Shown: positions 9,212 to 20,089, counted from the first letter of the stretch. The stretch: DNA of 64,000 bases from Gemmatimonadota bacterium (GCA_034521595.1 JAXHMG010000001.1:32001-96000); one strand, 5' to 3'. A program made the numbers and translations. The notes: generated by a model from the letters alone, not told the origin.

Positions 9212-11235
9212 ACCATACACAGCGGTTGGCCATTGATGCGGTGCGGGTCCTCTCCATGGACGCGGTCCAGAAAGCGAGCTCCGGACACCCGGGCACCCCC
9301 ATGGCGCTCGCTCCGGCCGGATACGAGCTCTTCCGGCACCACCTCCGACACAATCCGGCCGATCCGGCTTGGCCCGACCGCGACCGGTTCGTGCTCTCGG
9401 TGGGCCACGCCTCCATGCTGCTCTACGCGCTCCTGCACCTGAGCGGATACGAGGTGAGCGAGGAGGACATCCGGAACTTCCGCCAGTGGGCCTCGCCCGC
9501 CGCCGGGCACCCGGAATACGGTCACATGCCCGGCGTCGAGACGACCACCGGGCCTCTCGGACAGGGTGTCGGCAACTCGGTGGGCTTCGCGCTCGCGGAA
9601 CGCTGGCTCGCCCACCGGTTCAACCGGCCGGGCTACGACATCGTGGACCACTACACGTACGCGTTCTGCTCCGACGGCGACATGATGGAGGGCGTCTCGC
9701 ACGAAGCCGCGGCGATCGCGGGACACCAGGGGCTCGGGAAGCTCATCTGGATCTGGGACGACAACCGCATCACGATCGAGGGGAGCACCGACCTCGCTAC
9801 CTCCACGGATCAGGCGAAGCGCTTCGAAGCGTACGGATGGCAGGTGCTCCGCGTGGACGACGGCAACGACCTCGAGGCCATCGGCCGCGCCCTCGAAGCC
9901 GCGCGCGCCGAGACCCTGCGCCCGACCTTCATCGTGCTACGAACGACGATCGCGTTCGGGAGCCCGGGCAAGGCGGGAACCGCCGGCGCGCACGGTGCTC
10001 CGCTCGGCCCGGACGAGGTGGAAGCGACGAAGAAGAACCTCGGATACCCGTCCCTCGAGCCCTTCCACGTGACGGAGGTGGCACGCGCCGACTGGGCCAC
10101 GTGCCGCGAGCGTGGTGCCGACCTTCAGGAGGCATGGAAGCAGCGCTTCGAAGCTTATCACGCGGCGTATCCCGAAGCCGGCGCCGAATTCCTGAAGATG
10201 ACGGCCGGTGAGCTGCCGGAGGGGTGGGACGCCGACGTGCCCGACCTCTCCTCGGTCGACAAGCCCGACGCGACCCGCGGCTGGTCCGGCAAGGTCATCC
10301 AGGGCTTGGCCGCCGGAATCCCGAACCTCGTGGGAGGCTCCGCCGACCTCGGCGTGTCCAACAAGACCGACATCGCCGACGCGGAGAACCTCCTACCTTC
10401 GACCCCGGGGGGGCGGGTCGTGCACTACGGCGTCCGCGAGCACGCCATGGGCTCGATCATGAACGGGATGTCGCTGCACGGCGGGATCCGCCCGTACGGA
10501 GGCACCTTCCTGATCTTCTCGGACTACATGCGGCCCGCCGTTCGGCTCGCGGGGCTCATGGGACAACCGGTCGTCTACGTCTACACGCACGATTCCATCG
10601 GCCTGGGCGAGGACGGCCCGACCCATCAACCGGTCGAGCAACTCGGCTCGCTCCGCATGATCCCGAACCTCATGGATCTACGGCCCGCCGACGCGGCCGA
10701 GACCGAGATCGCGTGGAGAGTGGCGGTCGAGCGCGACGACGGCCCGTCGTTCCTGGCGCTGAGCCGACAGAAGGTGGCGGTGCTCGACCGCTCGGCGGAC
10801 GCTGCAGAGCCCGGCCGCCTCGCCTCCGCCGAGGGAGTCCGGCATGGCGGTTACGTGCTGCGCGAGGCGGAGAGCGGTAGTCCGGAGATCATCCTGATCG
10901 CGAGCGGAGCGGAGGTCAGCCTGGCGCTCGAAGCCGCCGAAGCGCTCGAGGAGGGCGGCACCCCCACCCGAGTCGTGAGCCTGCCGAGCTGGTACCTCTT
11001 CGAGCAGCAGGACCCGGCATACCGGGAGAGCGTGCTCCCGCCGTCCGTGCGCGCACGAGTGTCCGTCGAGGCGGGCAGCACGTTCGGCTGGACCCGGTGG
11101 ATCGGCGAGGCGGGTCGGTCGGTCGGGCTCGACCGGTTCGGAGCGTCGGCCCCCTCCGAAGTGCTCTTCGAGCAACTCGGGTTCACCGTGGACAAGGTCA
11201 CCGAGGCGGCACGGGCGGCTCTGAGCGACGCGTAG
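9208..11235 (+). CDS. tkt: Transketolase
   Basis: SGHPGTPM, DRDRFVLSVGH, TTGPLGQG, THDSIGLGEDGPTHQP. Confidence 0.97.
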   Translation: MNHTQRLAIDAVRVLSMDAVQKASSGHPGTPMALAPAGYELFRHHLRHNPADPAWPDRDRFVLSVGHASMLLYALLHLSGYEVSEEDIRNFRQWASPAAGHPEYGHMPGVETTTGPLGQGVGNSVGFALAERWLAHRFNRPGYDIVDHYTYAFCSDGDMMEGVSHEAAAIAGHQGLGKLIWIWDDNRITIEGSTDLATSTDQAKRFEAYGWQVLRVDDGNDLEAIGRALEAARAETLRPTFIVLRTTIAFGSPGKAGTAGAHGAPLGPDEVEATKKNLGYPSLEPFHVTEVARADWATCRERGADLQEAWKQRFEAYHAAYPEAGAEFLKMTAGELPEGWDADVPDLSSVDKPDATRGWSGKVIQGLAAGIPNLVGGSADLGVSNKTDIADAENLLPSTPGGRVVHYGVREHAMGSIMNGMSLHGGIRPYGGTFLIFSDYMRPAVRLAGLMGQPVVYVYTHDSIGLGEDGPTHQPVEQLGSLRMIPNLMDLRPADAAETEIAWRVAVERDDGPSFLALSRQKVAVLDRSADAAEPGRLASAEGVRHGGYVLREAESGSPEIILIASGAEVSLALEAAEALEEGGTPTRVVSLPSWYLFEQQDPAYRESVLPPSVRARVSVEAGSTFGWTRWIGEAGRSVGLDRFGASAPSEVLFEQLGFTVDKVTEAARAALSDA

Positions 11236-11347
11236 GCTCTCCTGACTCGGAGTCCTGGGGTGATCCCGCGGAGACGGAGGCCGCTTGCGCGACGTGCTCG
11301 TGGTCCCGTAGCGTGGCGTGAGTCCACTCCTCTTCGGAGCACGCGCC

Positions 11348-11911
11348 ATGGTCCCCATCACGTCGTTGTGGATCCCCATCCTGGCTAGCGCGGCGCTCGT
11401 CTTCGTGGCGAGCTCCGTAATCCACATACTTCTCCCCTACCACAAGAACGACTTCCGGAAGCTCCCCGACGAGGACGGGATCCTCGACGCGTTACGCCCC
11501 TTCGAGATCCCGCCCGGTGACTACGTCCTTCCCCACGCGGGCTCGGCCGAAGCCATGAAGTCCGAGGAGTACCGGGGAAAGGTCGAGCAGGGGCCGGCAG
11601 CCTTCATGACGGTCCTCGAGCCGAGGGCCGTGTTCGACCTGACCACGAGCCTCACGCAGTGGTTCCTCTACAGCGTGCTCGTCGGGATCCTCGCCGCATA
11701 CGTCGGTGGCCGGACGCTCGGTGCCGGCGCCACGTACATCGACATCTTCCGCCTGACGGGCACGGTCACCTTCGCGTGCTACTCGATGGCCCTGATGCAG
11801 CGCTCGATCTGGTACAAGCAGCAATGGTCCACCACGGGCAAGTCCATGTTCGACGGGCTGATCTACGCCGTGCTCACGGCCGGCACGTTCGGATGGCTCT
11901 GGCCTATGTGA
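11348..11911 (+). CDS. Hypothetical membrane protein
   Basis: About four hydrophobic segments, typical codon bias; GGAG upstream of ATG 11348. Confidence 0.75.
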   Translation: MVPITSLWIPILASAALVFVASSVIHILLPYHKNDFRKLPDEDGILDALRPFEIPPGDYVLPHAGSAEAMKSEEYRGKVEQGPAAFMTVLEPRAVFDLTTSLTQWFLYSVLVGILAAYVGGRTLGAGATYIDIFRLTGTVTFACYSMALMQRSIWYKQQWSTTGKSMFDGLIYAVLTAGTFGWLWPM

Positions 11912-12656
11912 CGTCCGGGGGCAATGGGGGCACGCGGGTCACGGCCGATCTCCGATTGCGGCGGCGAATGACCGACCGTTCCTGAATCCGCTCGGGGCGG
12001 CAACCGACGAACCGCGCCCACGCGCGCCACGACGCCCCGTGGCCGCGCTCCCCCGAAGTCAGGTAGTCCGCCGCGTGCGCCATCTCGTGCAGCAGGGTGT
12101 CGACCCGCACCGCTCCGTTCCCCGCGAGGAGGAGGTCGACATTGAGGGCGATCTCGACGATACGGGGGCGGCTCTCGTAATCCCGGCCCGGCCGCATGTG
12201 CCCCAACGCCGTCCGCATCCGGTTGCTCAAGCGGAGCGGGATGTCGTCCGGCAGGAATCCGGCGAAGCGGGTGCGGTTGAAGTGCCGATACAGCGTGCGG
12301 AGATACGCGCGCTGCGCTTCCGTGCCGCAGCACCGCCGTGATCCTTCGAGCTTCCGCCCTCCACGTGCGCTGCGTACTTCCCGGAGCACTCGCGCGAGCT
12401 CCGGCCAGGCCAGCACCGTCCGTCGGGCTTTTCGGGCGGCCGGCGTCGAGTCGCCACCCGCCCGCACGATCGTAGCGAACGCCTCGATGATATGGTGGGG
12501 CGCGGTCCGGTATGCCACGTGTACGTTGAGCGCCGTGCCTCGTCGGGTCAGCGACCAGACCGTGGAGCGGTTTCTCCGGAAGGTCACGCGTTCCAGCCGG
12601 GTCGCACCATATGCTCTCAGAGCCTCGCGGAAGGTTTCCGGCGTGTATGGCTTCAT
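11904..12656 (-). CDS. SprT-like zinc metalloprotease domain protein
   Basis: LSNRMRTALG, TLLHEMAH, HGASW motifs. Confidence 0.8.
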   Translation of the reverse strand: MKPYTPETFREALRAYGATRLERVTFRRNRSTVWSLTRRGTALNVHVAYRTAPHHIIEAFATIVRAGGDSTPAARKARRTVLAWPELARVLREVRSARGGRKLEGSRRCCGTEAQRAYLRTLYRHFNRTRFAGFLPDDIPLRLSNRMRTALGHMRPGRDYESRPRIVEIALNVDLLLAGNGAVRVDTLLHEMAHAADYLTSGERGHGASWRAWARFVGCRPERIQERSVIRRRNRRSAVTRVPPLPPDVT

Positions 12657-12706
12657 GAAGGGGCCCCGGGGTCTACACGGCCCCGTTCGTGGTCATAGAT
12701 TCTTGG

Positions 12707-14011
12707 ATGCATTCCTACGTCAGCACACGGGGTCGCTCTCATGCGTCCCTCTCCGAAGCCCTCGAGCGTGGTCTCGCCCCTGACGGTGGGCTCTACGTTC
12801 CGACGGGTGACGTTCCGTTCCCGATCCCACCCGACACCGCCCGGAGCTCCTTCGCGCACACCGCCCGCTGGGCCGCGGAGGTACTCCTTCCCGATGTCGA
12901 GTCCGAGATCCTCTCTCAGGTGATCGACGACGCGCTCAACTTCGACGTCCCGCTCGTCGAGGTCGAGCCCCACCTGCACGTGCTCGAGCTGTTCCACGGC
13001 CCGACCCACGCGTTCAAGGACGTAGGCGCCCGCTTCATGGCCCGCCTCATGGCCCGCGTTCTGCCGCGAAATCGGACGCGCACCGTCCTCGTGGCCACCT
13101 CGGGCGATACCGGCGGAGCCGTGGCGGCGGCGTTTCATCGGGTGCCGGGATACCGGGTGGCGGTCCTGTTCCCGAGCCGCGGCATCAGCGAGCGTCAACG
13201 GCGTCAGATGACGACCCTCGGCGACAACGTGTTGGCCCTAGCGGTCGAGGGCACGTTCGACGACTGCCAGCGGCTGGCCAAAGCCGCTTTCCTCGACCGC
13301 GCTCTAAGTGAACGATTCGCATTGACTTCGGCGAACTCCATCAACATCGGGCGGCTGCTCCCGCAGGCGTTTTACTACGTCCGGGCCGCACTCCTCCTGG
13401 GATGGGACGCTGCGGCTCCCCGGTTCGTCGTGCCGTGCGGGAACCTGGGCAACCTGTGCGCCGGGCTCCTGGCACACCGTCGGGGCATGCCGAGCTCCGG
13501 CTTCCTCGCGGCCACCAATGTCAACGACGCCTTCGTGGACTTCCTGGACACGGGGGACCACCGGCCGCGAGCCTCGATCGCGACGGCTTCGAACGCCATG
13601 GACGTGGGTGATCCCAGCAACCTGGAACGGATCCAGTGGCTCTATCGGAACGATCCGGAACAGATGCGCCGGGACGTGCGAGCCAATTCCGTCACGGACG
13701 AGACCACCGCGCGGACGATCGCCACGGTGTACCGTGAGAGCGGATACGTCCTCGACCCTCACTCGGCCGTGGCATACGACGTGGCCAAGCGGCACCGGCC
13801 GCCACCGTCGGCCGACGAGCCGAGCGTGGTGCTCGCAACCGCGCATCCCGCGAAATTCCCGGAAATCGTCGAGCCCGCCCTCGGGCACGAAATCCCGCTG
13901 CCGCAAGGCCTGGCACACGCCATGGAAGGCGAGGAGCGTGCGCTTTCCCTCGAGCCGGAGCTCGGAGCGCTCTCCGACGTGCTGGTCGAGCACGGAGCAG
14001 AAGCCTCATGA
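12707..14011 (+). CDS. thrC: Threonine synthase
   Basis: YVSTRG, GLAPDGGLYVP, LELFHGPTHAFKD (PLP lysine), ATSGDTG, SANSINIGRL, ATAHPAKF. Confidence 0.96.
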   Translation: MHSYVSTRGRSHASLSEALERGLAPDGGLYVPTGDVPFPIPPDTARSSFAHTARWAAEVLLPDVESEILSQVIDDALNFDVPLVEVEPHLHVLELFHGPTHAFKDVGARFMARLMARVLPRNRTRTVLVATSGDTGGAVAAAFHRVPGYRVAVLFPSRGISERQRRQMTTLGDNVLALAVEGTFDDCQRLAKAAFLDRALSERFALTSANSINIGRLLPQAFYYVRAALLLGWDAAAPRFVVPCGNLGNLCAGLLAHRRGMPSSGFLAATNVNDAFVDFLDTGDHRPRASIATASNAMDVGDPSNLERIQWLYRNDPEQMRRDVRANSVTDETTARTIATVYRESGYVLDPHSAVAYDVAKRHRPPPSADEPSVVLATAHPAKFPEIVEPALGHEIPLPQGLAHAMEGEERALSLEPELGALSDVLVEHGAEAS

Positions 14012-14931
14012 CGCCCCGCCCGCTCCGCGCGGCCGCCGTGCGGGTGCCCGGATCGACCTCGAACCTGGGCAGCGCCTTCGACACGATCGGGCTGGCGCTC
14101 GATCGCTATCTCGACGCTTCGTTCGAAGCCGACGGCTCCGGGTCCCTCAAGGTCGAGCGCCACGGAACCCTCGAGCGACTGCGGGACTTCCCCGGACCCG
14201 ACCTCGTGGCGGAGACCTTCCGGGCACGCGTCGAGACGGCCGGAGCGGTCGCCTCGGGGCGTATCCGGCTCGACTCCACGATCCCGGTCGTGCGCGGGCT
14301 CGGCTCCTCTGCGGCCGCGCTCGTCGCCGGCTGCGACCTCGCGCGCGCCGCCCTCGGCGACCCCCCGGACCTTCACGACGCATTCACGGCTGCGTACGCC
14401 CACGAAGGTCACGGAGACAACGCGGCACCCACCGTCTACGGGGGGTTGCAGGCCGTCGTGCCGGGCAAGGTGGGCCCCAAGATCACTCGGCTCGATCTTT
14501 CCGAGCGGATCGGGTTCGCGTACGCGGCGCCCGCTGCGCCTTCCTCCACCAGAGACGCTCGGGCGATCCTCCCCGAGACCGTCAGCCACCGGACCGCCGT
14601 CGCCCAACTCGGCCGGGTCACCGCTCTCATCCGGGGCCTCGCGACGGCCGATCCGGAGCTGATCGCGATCGGGGTCGAAGATGCGCTGCACGTACCCTTC
14701 CGACTCCCCCGTATCGGCGGTGCGGAAGCGGCTGTAGTCGCCGGCTACGAGGCCGGTGCGTGGGGTGTCACGATCTCGGGCGGCGGATCGGGCCTGCTCG
14801 CCATCGGGCCCCCCGAAGTCGCCGCGGATGTCGCGAGCGCGATGCGCGAAGCATTCAGCGAGGCCGACGACGGTCCGGAGTGCGTTGGCTTCGAGGTCCG
14901 GCCCGACTTCCAAGGACTTCGGCGCGTCTGA
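14008..14931 (+). CDS. thrB: Homoserine kinase
   Basis: VPGSTSNLGSAFD, GHMP motif PVVRGLGSSAA, HGDNAAP, ISGGG; overlaps thrC stop. Confidence 0.93.
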   Translation: MTPRPLRAAAVRVPGSTSNLGSAFDTIGLALDRYLDASFEADGSGSLKVERHGTLERLRDFPGPDLVAETFRARVETAGAVASGRIRLDSTIPVVRGLGSSAAALVAGCDLARAALGDPPDLHDAFTAAYAHEGHGDNAAPTVYGGLQAVVPGKVGPKITRLDLSERIGFAYAAPAAPSSTRDARAILPETVSHRTAVAQLGRVTALIRGLATADPELIAIGVEDALHVPFRLPRIGGAEAAVVAGYEAGAWGVTISGGGSGLLAIGPPEVAADVASAMREAFSEADDGPECVGFEVRPDFQGLRRV

Positions 14932-14982
14932 GATCAGGGGCGGGTGATCACGCACCGGGCGGGAAGGCCCCGGCGGCCGGCT

Positions 14983-16302
14983 TCAAGATCCGTGAGCGCG
15001 AAAGATCGGCCGAGAGACGGTAAACAGGTACGCGTTGCTGGCCGTGCGCCCCACCAGGAAGGCCCCGAACGCCGCGGTCGCCCCGACCAGCCCGATTCCC
15101 CAGCCGAGCACGATGAACCCGAGCGCGACCGTGCCGACCTCGACCGCGCTGGCGACGGTGATGGGCTGCGTGCGCCGGCTCTGCACCAACGTCGCGCGCT
15201 GCAGCGACAGCAGCACCGAGAGCGCGGGCAGGGGCACGAGCAGCGCGGTCGGTACCAGCGCGAACGCGGCGAGGTCCGGACTCAGGCCGGAGAGCACGAC
15301 GAACCAGACGTGGGAAAGCGGGGTGAACGCCACCAACGCCAACGCGGCGGACGTAGCCAACCCCAACGACCGTGCGAACCGACTCACGTCTCCGAGGCGC
15401 TCCATGCGGTCACCCATGAGCGCGATGGCCGCGTCCTGATAGGCGAGCCCCATCGACCGGAAGAAGAAGCCCAGGGCGTGCACGACCGGAAAGACAGCCA
15501 ATGACCTCACGGGCTGCACGCTGTTCCCCATGAAGAAGGTGAGCATGGGTTGGACCGAGAGCCCAATCAACGACGTGAGCGCCAGGGGATAGTAGAACGA
15601 CGCGATCTCCCGATAACGCAGGGGCGCCTCCGGGTCCGCGTCGTGATCGACCCACGCACCCCTTCGAATCTCCCGGATCGTGTCCGCCGCCATCAGACGC
15701 GCCGCCACGGCCTCGACCAGCACGGCCGTGCTGAGTGCCAAGCCGCCCACCCACGCGCCCGGAATGTCGAGCAGGAAGTAGCCACAGAGGGCGCCGAGAA
15801 CCAGAGCGAGGAGGCGGAGGCCGGTCCCGTAGGCGACGAGCCGCGTTCGTCCCGCTCGGATCAGGACACCTTGGAGAAATCGGCGGTATCCGATGGCTGC
15901 CGGCCAGGGCAGGTAAAACCAGAGGGCGCCGTAGGTCAGGTCGGCCACCTCGTCGGGCAGGTTCATCAGGCTTCCGGTCAGCCAGGCGTAAATCCCCGGA
16001 GTCAGCACCAGCAGCAACAGTCCGGTGCTCAACCCGTTCAGCATCCACCCGAAGCGTCGGAGCTTGGTGAAGCTGCGCTCGTCGCGCACGAGCGCGGTCG
16101 CGGCGCTCATGAGCATGATGACGGGCGATTCGACCAGCACGGCGAGCGCGAAGGCCACACCGTGCGCCGCCAGATTGAAGGTCGCGTCCGGCAACCGTGC
16201 GATCACGGCCGCCAAGAACGGACCTTCCGCGGCCATGAGGATCCATGTGGCCGCCAGCGGCAACCAGAAGAGGAGGATTGCGCGTTGTGAGAGTGGCTTC
16301 AC
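14983..16302 (-). CDS. MATE/ANKH-like multi-pass membrane transporter
   Basis: About 12 hydrophobic segments in two similar halves (FWLPLA / FYYPLA). Start uncertain (GTG 16302). Confidence 0.65.
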   Translation of the reverse strand: MKPLSQRAILLFWLPLAATWILMAAEGPFLAAVIARLPDATFNLAAHGVAFALAVLVESPVIMLMSAATALVRDERSFTKLRRFGWMLNGLSTGLLLLVLTPGIYAWLTGSLMNLPDEVADLTYGALWFYLPWPAAIGYRRFLQGVLIRAGRTRLVAYGTGLRLLALVLGALCGYFLLDIPGAWVGGLALSTAVLVEAVAARLMAADTIREIRRGAWVDHDADPEAPLRYREIASFYYPLALTSLIGLSVQPMLTFFMGNSVQPVRSLAVFPVVHALGFFFRSMGLAYQDAAIALMGDRMERLGDVSRFARSLGLATSAALALVAFTPLSHVWFVVLSGLSPDLAAFALVPTALLVPLPALSVLLSLQRATLVQSRRTQPITVASAVEVGTVALGFIVLGWGIGLVGATAAFGAFLVGRTASNAYLFTVSRPIFRAHGS

Positions 16303-16517
16303 GATGGAAACGGAGGACCTCGGGGAACGGAATCCGAAAGCGCGGGACAGAGGTGGGGAGACCGATTCGGGCACGGGCTCCGCACGAAGCTAGACGAGGA
16401 CGGGGTCATGCGGGAGGCGCCCGCGTCTTGTCCTCGTGAAGCCTCTTCGTGAGCGTGAAGGGTGGCCGTGACCTTCCAGCGCTTCAGCACCGCGCTCTCC
16501 CCGTGACCGACTTCCCC

Positions 16518-18107
16518 ATGAACGTCTCACGCCTACTGCGCGACCTCGCACGCCCGGACGCCTACCCGCATCCGGCCCCCGACGTCGAGGTACTACAGAC
16601 CCATATCTCCGTCGTCGCATTGGCAGGAGCCTACGCGTACAAGGTGAAGAAGCCGGTCGACCTCGGCTTCCTGGACTTCAGCACGCTCGAGAAGCGCCTC
16701 TACGACTGCCAGGAGGAGGTGCGCTTGAACCGCCGGCTGGCCGGGGACGTCTACCTTGGCGTGGTGCCCCTCGTCGAGTCCGACGAACACCTGACCGTCG
16801 AGGGCTCGGGTACGGCGGTGGAATACGCCGTCAAGATGGAACGCCTCCCGCCGGATGCGACGCTGCTCGAGCACCTCGAGAACGGCACCCTTGAAGCAGA
16901 CACGCTGCGCACGCTCGCCCACCGTATCGCGGCCTTCCACGCGGAGGCCGCCTCGGGGCCAGACATCGCACGTTACGGGGAATGGAGCGTCGTGGCCGGC
17001 AACGCCCGTGAAAACCTGGCTCAGTCGGTCGATCACGTGGGGTCGTACATCAGCCGGCCCGTTCACGAGCGGCTGCGCGGCGTGCTCGAGGAACGACTGG
17101 ACGCGCTGCGACCGCTGATCGAAGAGCGAGCCGAAGCCGGCGTTCCCCGCGACACCCATGGCGACCTCCACCTCGACCACGTCTACCTCTTCCCCGACCG
17201 TTCCGCCCCACGGGATCTCGTCGTCATCGACTGTATCGAGTTCAACGAACGGTTTCGTTACGCGGATCCGGTCGCGGACATGGCGTTCCTGGTCATGGAC
17301 CTGATCGCGCACGGACGGCGTGACCTGGCCGACGCCTTCGAAAACGCCTACTTCGACGCCATCGACGACGCGGAGGGCCGGGCGCTCGTGCCCTTTTACG
17401 TGTCGTATCGCGCCGCCGTACGGGGAAAAGTCGGTGGATTCATGGCCGAGGAGTCGGAAGTCCCGGCCAGCGAGCGCGAGACCGCCGCGGAGCGGGCACG
17501 GTCGCACTGGCTTCTGGCTCTCTCCGAGATCGAAGAACCGCACCGCCGGCCCTGCCTCGTGCTCGTCGGCGGGCTTCCGGGTACAGGGAAATCCACCCTT
17601 TCCGACGCGTTGGTCCGAGAACAGGGCTTTCAGGTGATCCGCTCGGATGAAGTGCGAAAAGAGCTCGCGGGCTTATCCAGTGGGAGTTCGGCCAAGGCCG
17701 CGTTCGGAGAGGGGATCTACACCGCCGAATGGAACGACCGGACCTACGAAGCGTGCCTCTCGAAAGCCCAGGAAGCGCTGTTCCGGGGTGAGCGCGTCAT
17801 CGTGGACGCATCCTTCCGCGAGGAAGGGCGGAGACGAGCATTCTTGGATGCTGCTCGGAACCTCGGCGTTCGGGCACTCTTCCTGAAGTGCACGGCCGAC
17901 CCCACAACGGTGCGTGAGCGCATACAAAGCCGGCGAGACAGCGCTTCGGACGCGGATTGGGCCATCTATCAACAGGCGGCCCAAGCCTGGGAGACCGAGG
18001 CGCCCGACCCCACCGGCGCGCGGACCCGGGTGGTCCAAGCCGACCAAGCGCTCGAGCAGGCGGTACGCACAGCGACGGCACACCTGAGCGAACACGGTCT
18101 CGCCTGA
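16518..18107 (+). CDS. Bifunctional aminoglycoside-phosphotransferase-like / AAA_33 P-loop kinase
   Basis: THISVV, KVKKPVDLGFLDFST, HGDLHL, IDCIEFN, then GGLPGTGKST Walker A. Confidence 0.88.
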   Translation: MNVSRLLRDLARPDAYPHPAPDVEVLQTHISVVALAGAYAYKVKKPVDLGFLDFSTLEKRLYDCQEEVRLNRRLAGDVYLGVVPLVESDEHLTVEGSGTAVEYAVKMERLPPDATLLEHLENGTLEADTLRTLAHRIAAFHAEAASGPDIARYGEWSVVAGNARENLAQSVDHVGSYISRPVHERLRGVLEERLDALRPLIEERAEAGVPRDTHGDLHLDHVYLFPDRSAPRDLVVIDCIEFNERFRYADPVADMAFLVMDLIAHGRRDLADAFENAYFDAIDDAEGRALVPFYVSYRAAVRGKVGGFMAEESEVPASERETAAERARSHWLLALSEIEEPHRRPCLVLVGGLPGTGKSTLSDALVREQGFQVIRSDEVRKELAGLSSGSSAKAAFGEGIYTAEWNDRTYEACLSKAQEALFRGERVIVDASFREEGRRRAFLDAARNLGVRALFLKCTADPTTVRERIQSRRDSASDADWAIYQQAAQAWETEAPDPTGARTRVVQADQALEQAVRTATAHLSEHGLA

Positions 18108-18234
18108 AGCCGAGTCGCGGCCAACTCGGCTTCAGATCGCGAGATCCCTCGGACAACAGCCCCGTCGTGGAAGCACGGCCGCGCTCGTCATCCACACCCG
18201 CGATTTCGGCGATGCACCCCGCGGGTGAGCGCCG

Positions 18235-18396
18235 TCAGGTCTTGCTCGACGTCTGCACGAAGGCCTGGAACACGCGGCTCACGTTCTCGCTGCCGCACTC
18301 CGAACACTTTTGTCGAGTCTCGTCGTGCTTGGCCATCGGCTCGTCGATCTCGAATTCGTGTCCGCAATCTTCGCAGCGGTAGTCATACATCGGCAT
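18235..18396 (-). CDS. FmdB-family zinc-ribbon protein (53 aa, below the ORF-track cutoff)
   Basis: MPMYDYRCEDCGHEFE...KCSECGSENVSRVF with two CxxC motifs; strong GGAGGAGG Shine-Dalgarno. Confidence 0.88.
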   Translation of the reverse strand: MPMYDYRCEDCGHEFEIDEPMAKHDETRQKCSECGSENVSRVFQAFVQTSSKT

Positions 18397-18569
18397 GGAG
18401 ATTTCCTCCTCCGAGGGGCATCGTTCGGCGAATGGACGAACGAACCACCGTGGGGCCCCGAAGCTGTTCGGCCTCGGGTCGACCCCGCACGACCAATCCG
18501 GCCGCCCCTACACGTGCAACCTACTCAACGGGAATGCTTTACGTAACCGGGGCCGGCACATTCACATGT

Positions 18570-18609
18570 AAAAAAATGCCCTCCGGCTCAATTGAGCCGG
18601 AGGGCATTT
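18570..18609 (-). terminator. Intrinsic terminator closing the tRNA array
   Basis: Perfect palindrome AAATGCCCTCCGGCTCAATTGAGCCGGAGGGCATTT with a T7 tract on the minus strand. Confidence 0.9.
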
Positions 18610-18619
18610 GAGAACGCTA

Positions 18620-18702
18620 CGGAGCGCGAGGGACTCGAACCCCCAAGCCCTTTCGGGCGCTCGCTTTCGAGGCGAGTGCATTACCAATTCTGCCAGCGCT
18701 CC
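18620..18702 (-). tRNA. tRNA-Ser(CGA)
   Basis: Cloverleaf; anticodon arm CTCGC-CT-CGA-AA-GCGAG; long variable arm; GGTTCGAGTCC. Confidence 0.93.
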
Positions 18703-18839
18703 AGATGGCCGGATCCCGGAAGCCCCCCTTGGGAACCACGGGAGAATAGCCTTGCCGGCCGATCGGATGATACCAGGTAATGGGGCGCGGGGTCCAGCCA
18801 CGCTTGATCGCCCGGCCTCAGTGATGCGTGAATGTCAGC

Positions 18840-19539
18840 GCCGCTTACGCGGCACACCAATCGGGGCGCCCGGATGGAGCTCCGGTCGCCTCCCGGCGAT
18901 CCTCGCTCGTCTCGGCGAAACCCCCTCAGACCCGCTGGCGCGGAACTGCCCTCTCGGCGCCTCGGCTCGAACCTCCGGTTCTCTTCCGGACGCTTCACTT
19001 CTCCGGCCGCTTACGCGGCACACCAATCGGGGCGCCCGGATGGAGCTCCGGTCGCCTCCCGGCGATCCTCGCTCGTCTCGGCGAAATCCCCTCAGGCCCG
19101 CTGCCGCGGGACTGCCCGCTCGGCGCCTCGGCTCGAACCTCCGGCTCTCTTCCGGACGCTTCACTTCTCCGGCCGCTTACGCGGCATGCCAATCGGGGCG
19201 CCCGGATGGAGCTCCGGTCGCCTCCCGGCGATCCTCGCTCGTCTCGGCGAAATCCCCTCAGGCCCGCTGCCGCGGGACTACCCGCTCGGCGCCTCGGCTC
19301 GAACCTCCGGCTCTCATCCGGACGCTTCACTTCTCTGGCCGCTTACGCGGCACACCAATCGGGGCGCCCGGATGGAGCTCCGGTCGCCTCCCGGCGATCC
19401 TCGCTCGTCTCGGCGAAATCCCCTCAGGCCCGCTGCCGCGGGACTGCCCGCTCGGCGCCTCGGCTCGAACCTCCGGCTCTCATCCGGACGCTTCACTTCT
19501 CCGGCCGCTTACGCGGCACACCAATCGGGGCGCCCGGAT
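18840..19539 (-). repeat. tRNA-Pro(CGG)-linked tandem repeat, four 166-bp units plus a partial unit
   Basis: Units start at 18840, 19006, 19172, 19338 and 19504; each contains the tRNA 3' end ATCCGGGCGCCCCGA. Confidence 0.95.
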
Positions 19540-19598
19540 TCGAACCGGGGACCTCTGCGACCCGAACGCAGCGCTCTACCGGACTGAGCCACGCCCCG
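19525..19598 (-). tRNA. tRNA-Pro(CGG)
   Basis: CGGGGCGTGGCTCAG...CTGCG-TT-CGG-GT-CGCAG...GGTTCGAATCC. Confidence 0.95.
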
Positions 19599-19662
19599 AA
19601 ACCGGTCTTGTGGGCCCAAGGCGCGTCGGCCGCTGGGCCTGCCTCGTTGTTTGTTCCAGCAA

Positions 19663-19920
19663 CTCGACCCACGCTCCCGATCTGCTGCGCAGATCGCCGC
19701 GTGGGTTCGAATTCATACTTTGACGCTCTTTCAAAACGGACGGGGTGGGATGGGCTCCGCTTCGCTCCGCCGCGTCGCGGGACTGCCCGCTCCGGCGCGC
19801 TCCGCGCGATCACCTTCCCTGGCCCGCTCGGCTCGACCCACGCTCCCGATCTGCTGCGCAGATCGCCGCGTGGGTTCGAATTCATACTTTGACGCTCTTT
19901 CAAAACGGACGGGGTGGGAT
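19663..19920 (-). repeat. tRNA-Ser(GGA)-linked repeat, 169-bp period, about 1.5 units
   Basis: Identical blocks at 19663 and 19832; duplicates the tRNA 3' end ATCCCACCCCGTCCG. Confidence 0.93.
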
Positions 19921-19989
19921 TCGAACCCACGCGGGCGTGAGCCCACACGATTTCCAATCGTGCGCCTTAAGCCACTCGGCCACCCGTCC
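19906..19989 (-). tRNA. tRNA-Ser(GGA)
   Basis: CACGA-TT-GGA-AA-TCGTG anticodon arm, long variable arm. Confidence 0.95.
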
Positions 19990-20089
19990 AGCTCGCTCGG
20001 GACGCGTCCACGAGACGTTTTCGCTAGTCGGTGGATCCGTCCAACTGGGGTCTTCGAACCCAGAACCGTTCTCGAACTGTTTTCCAATT

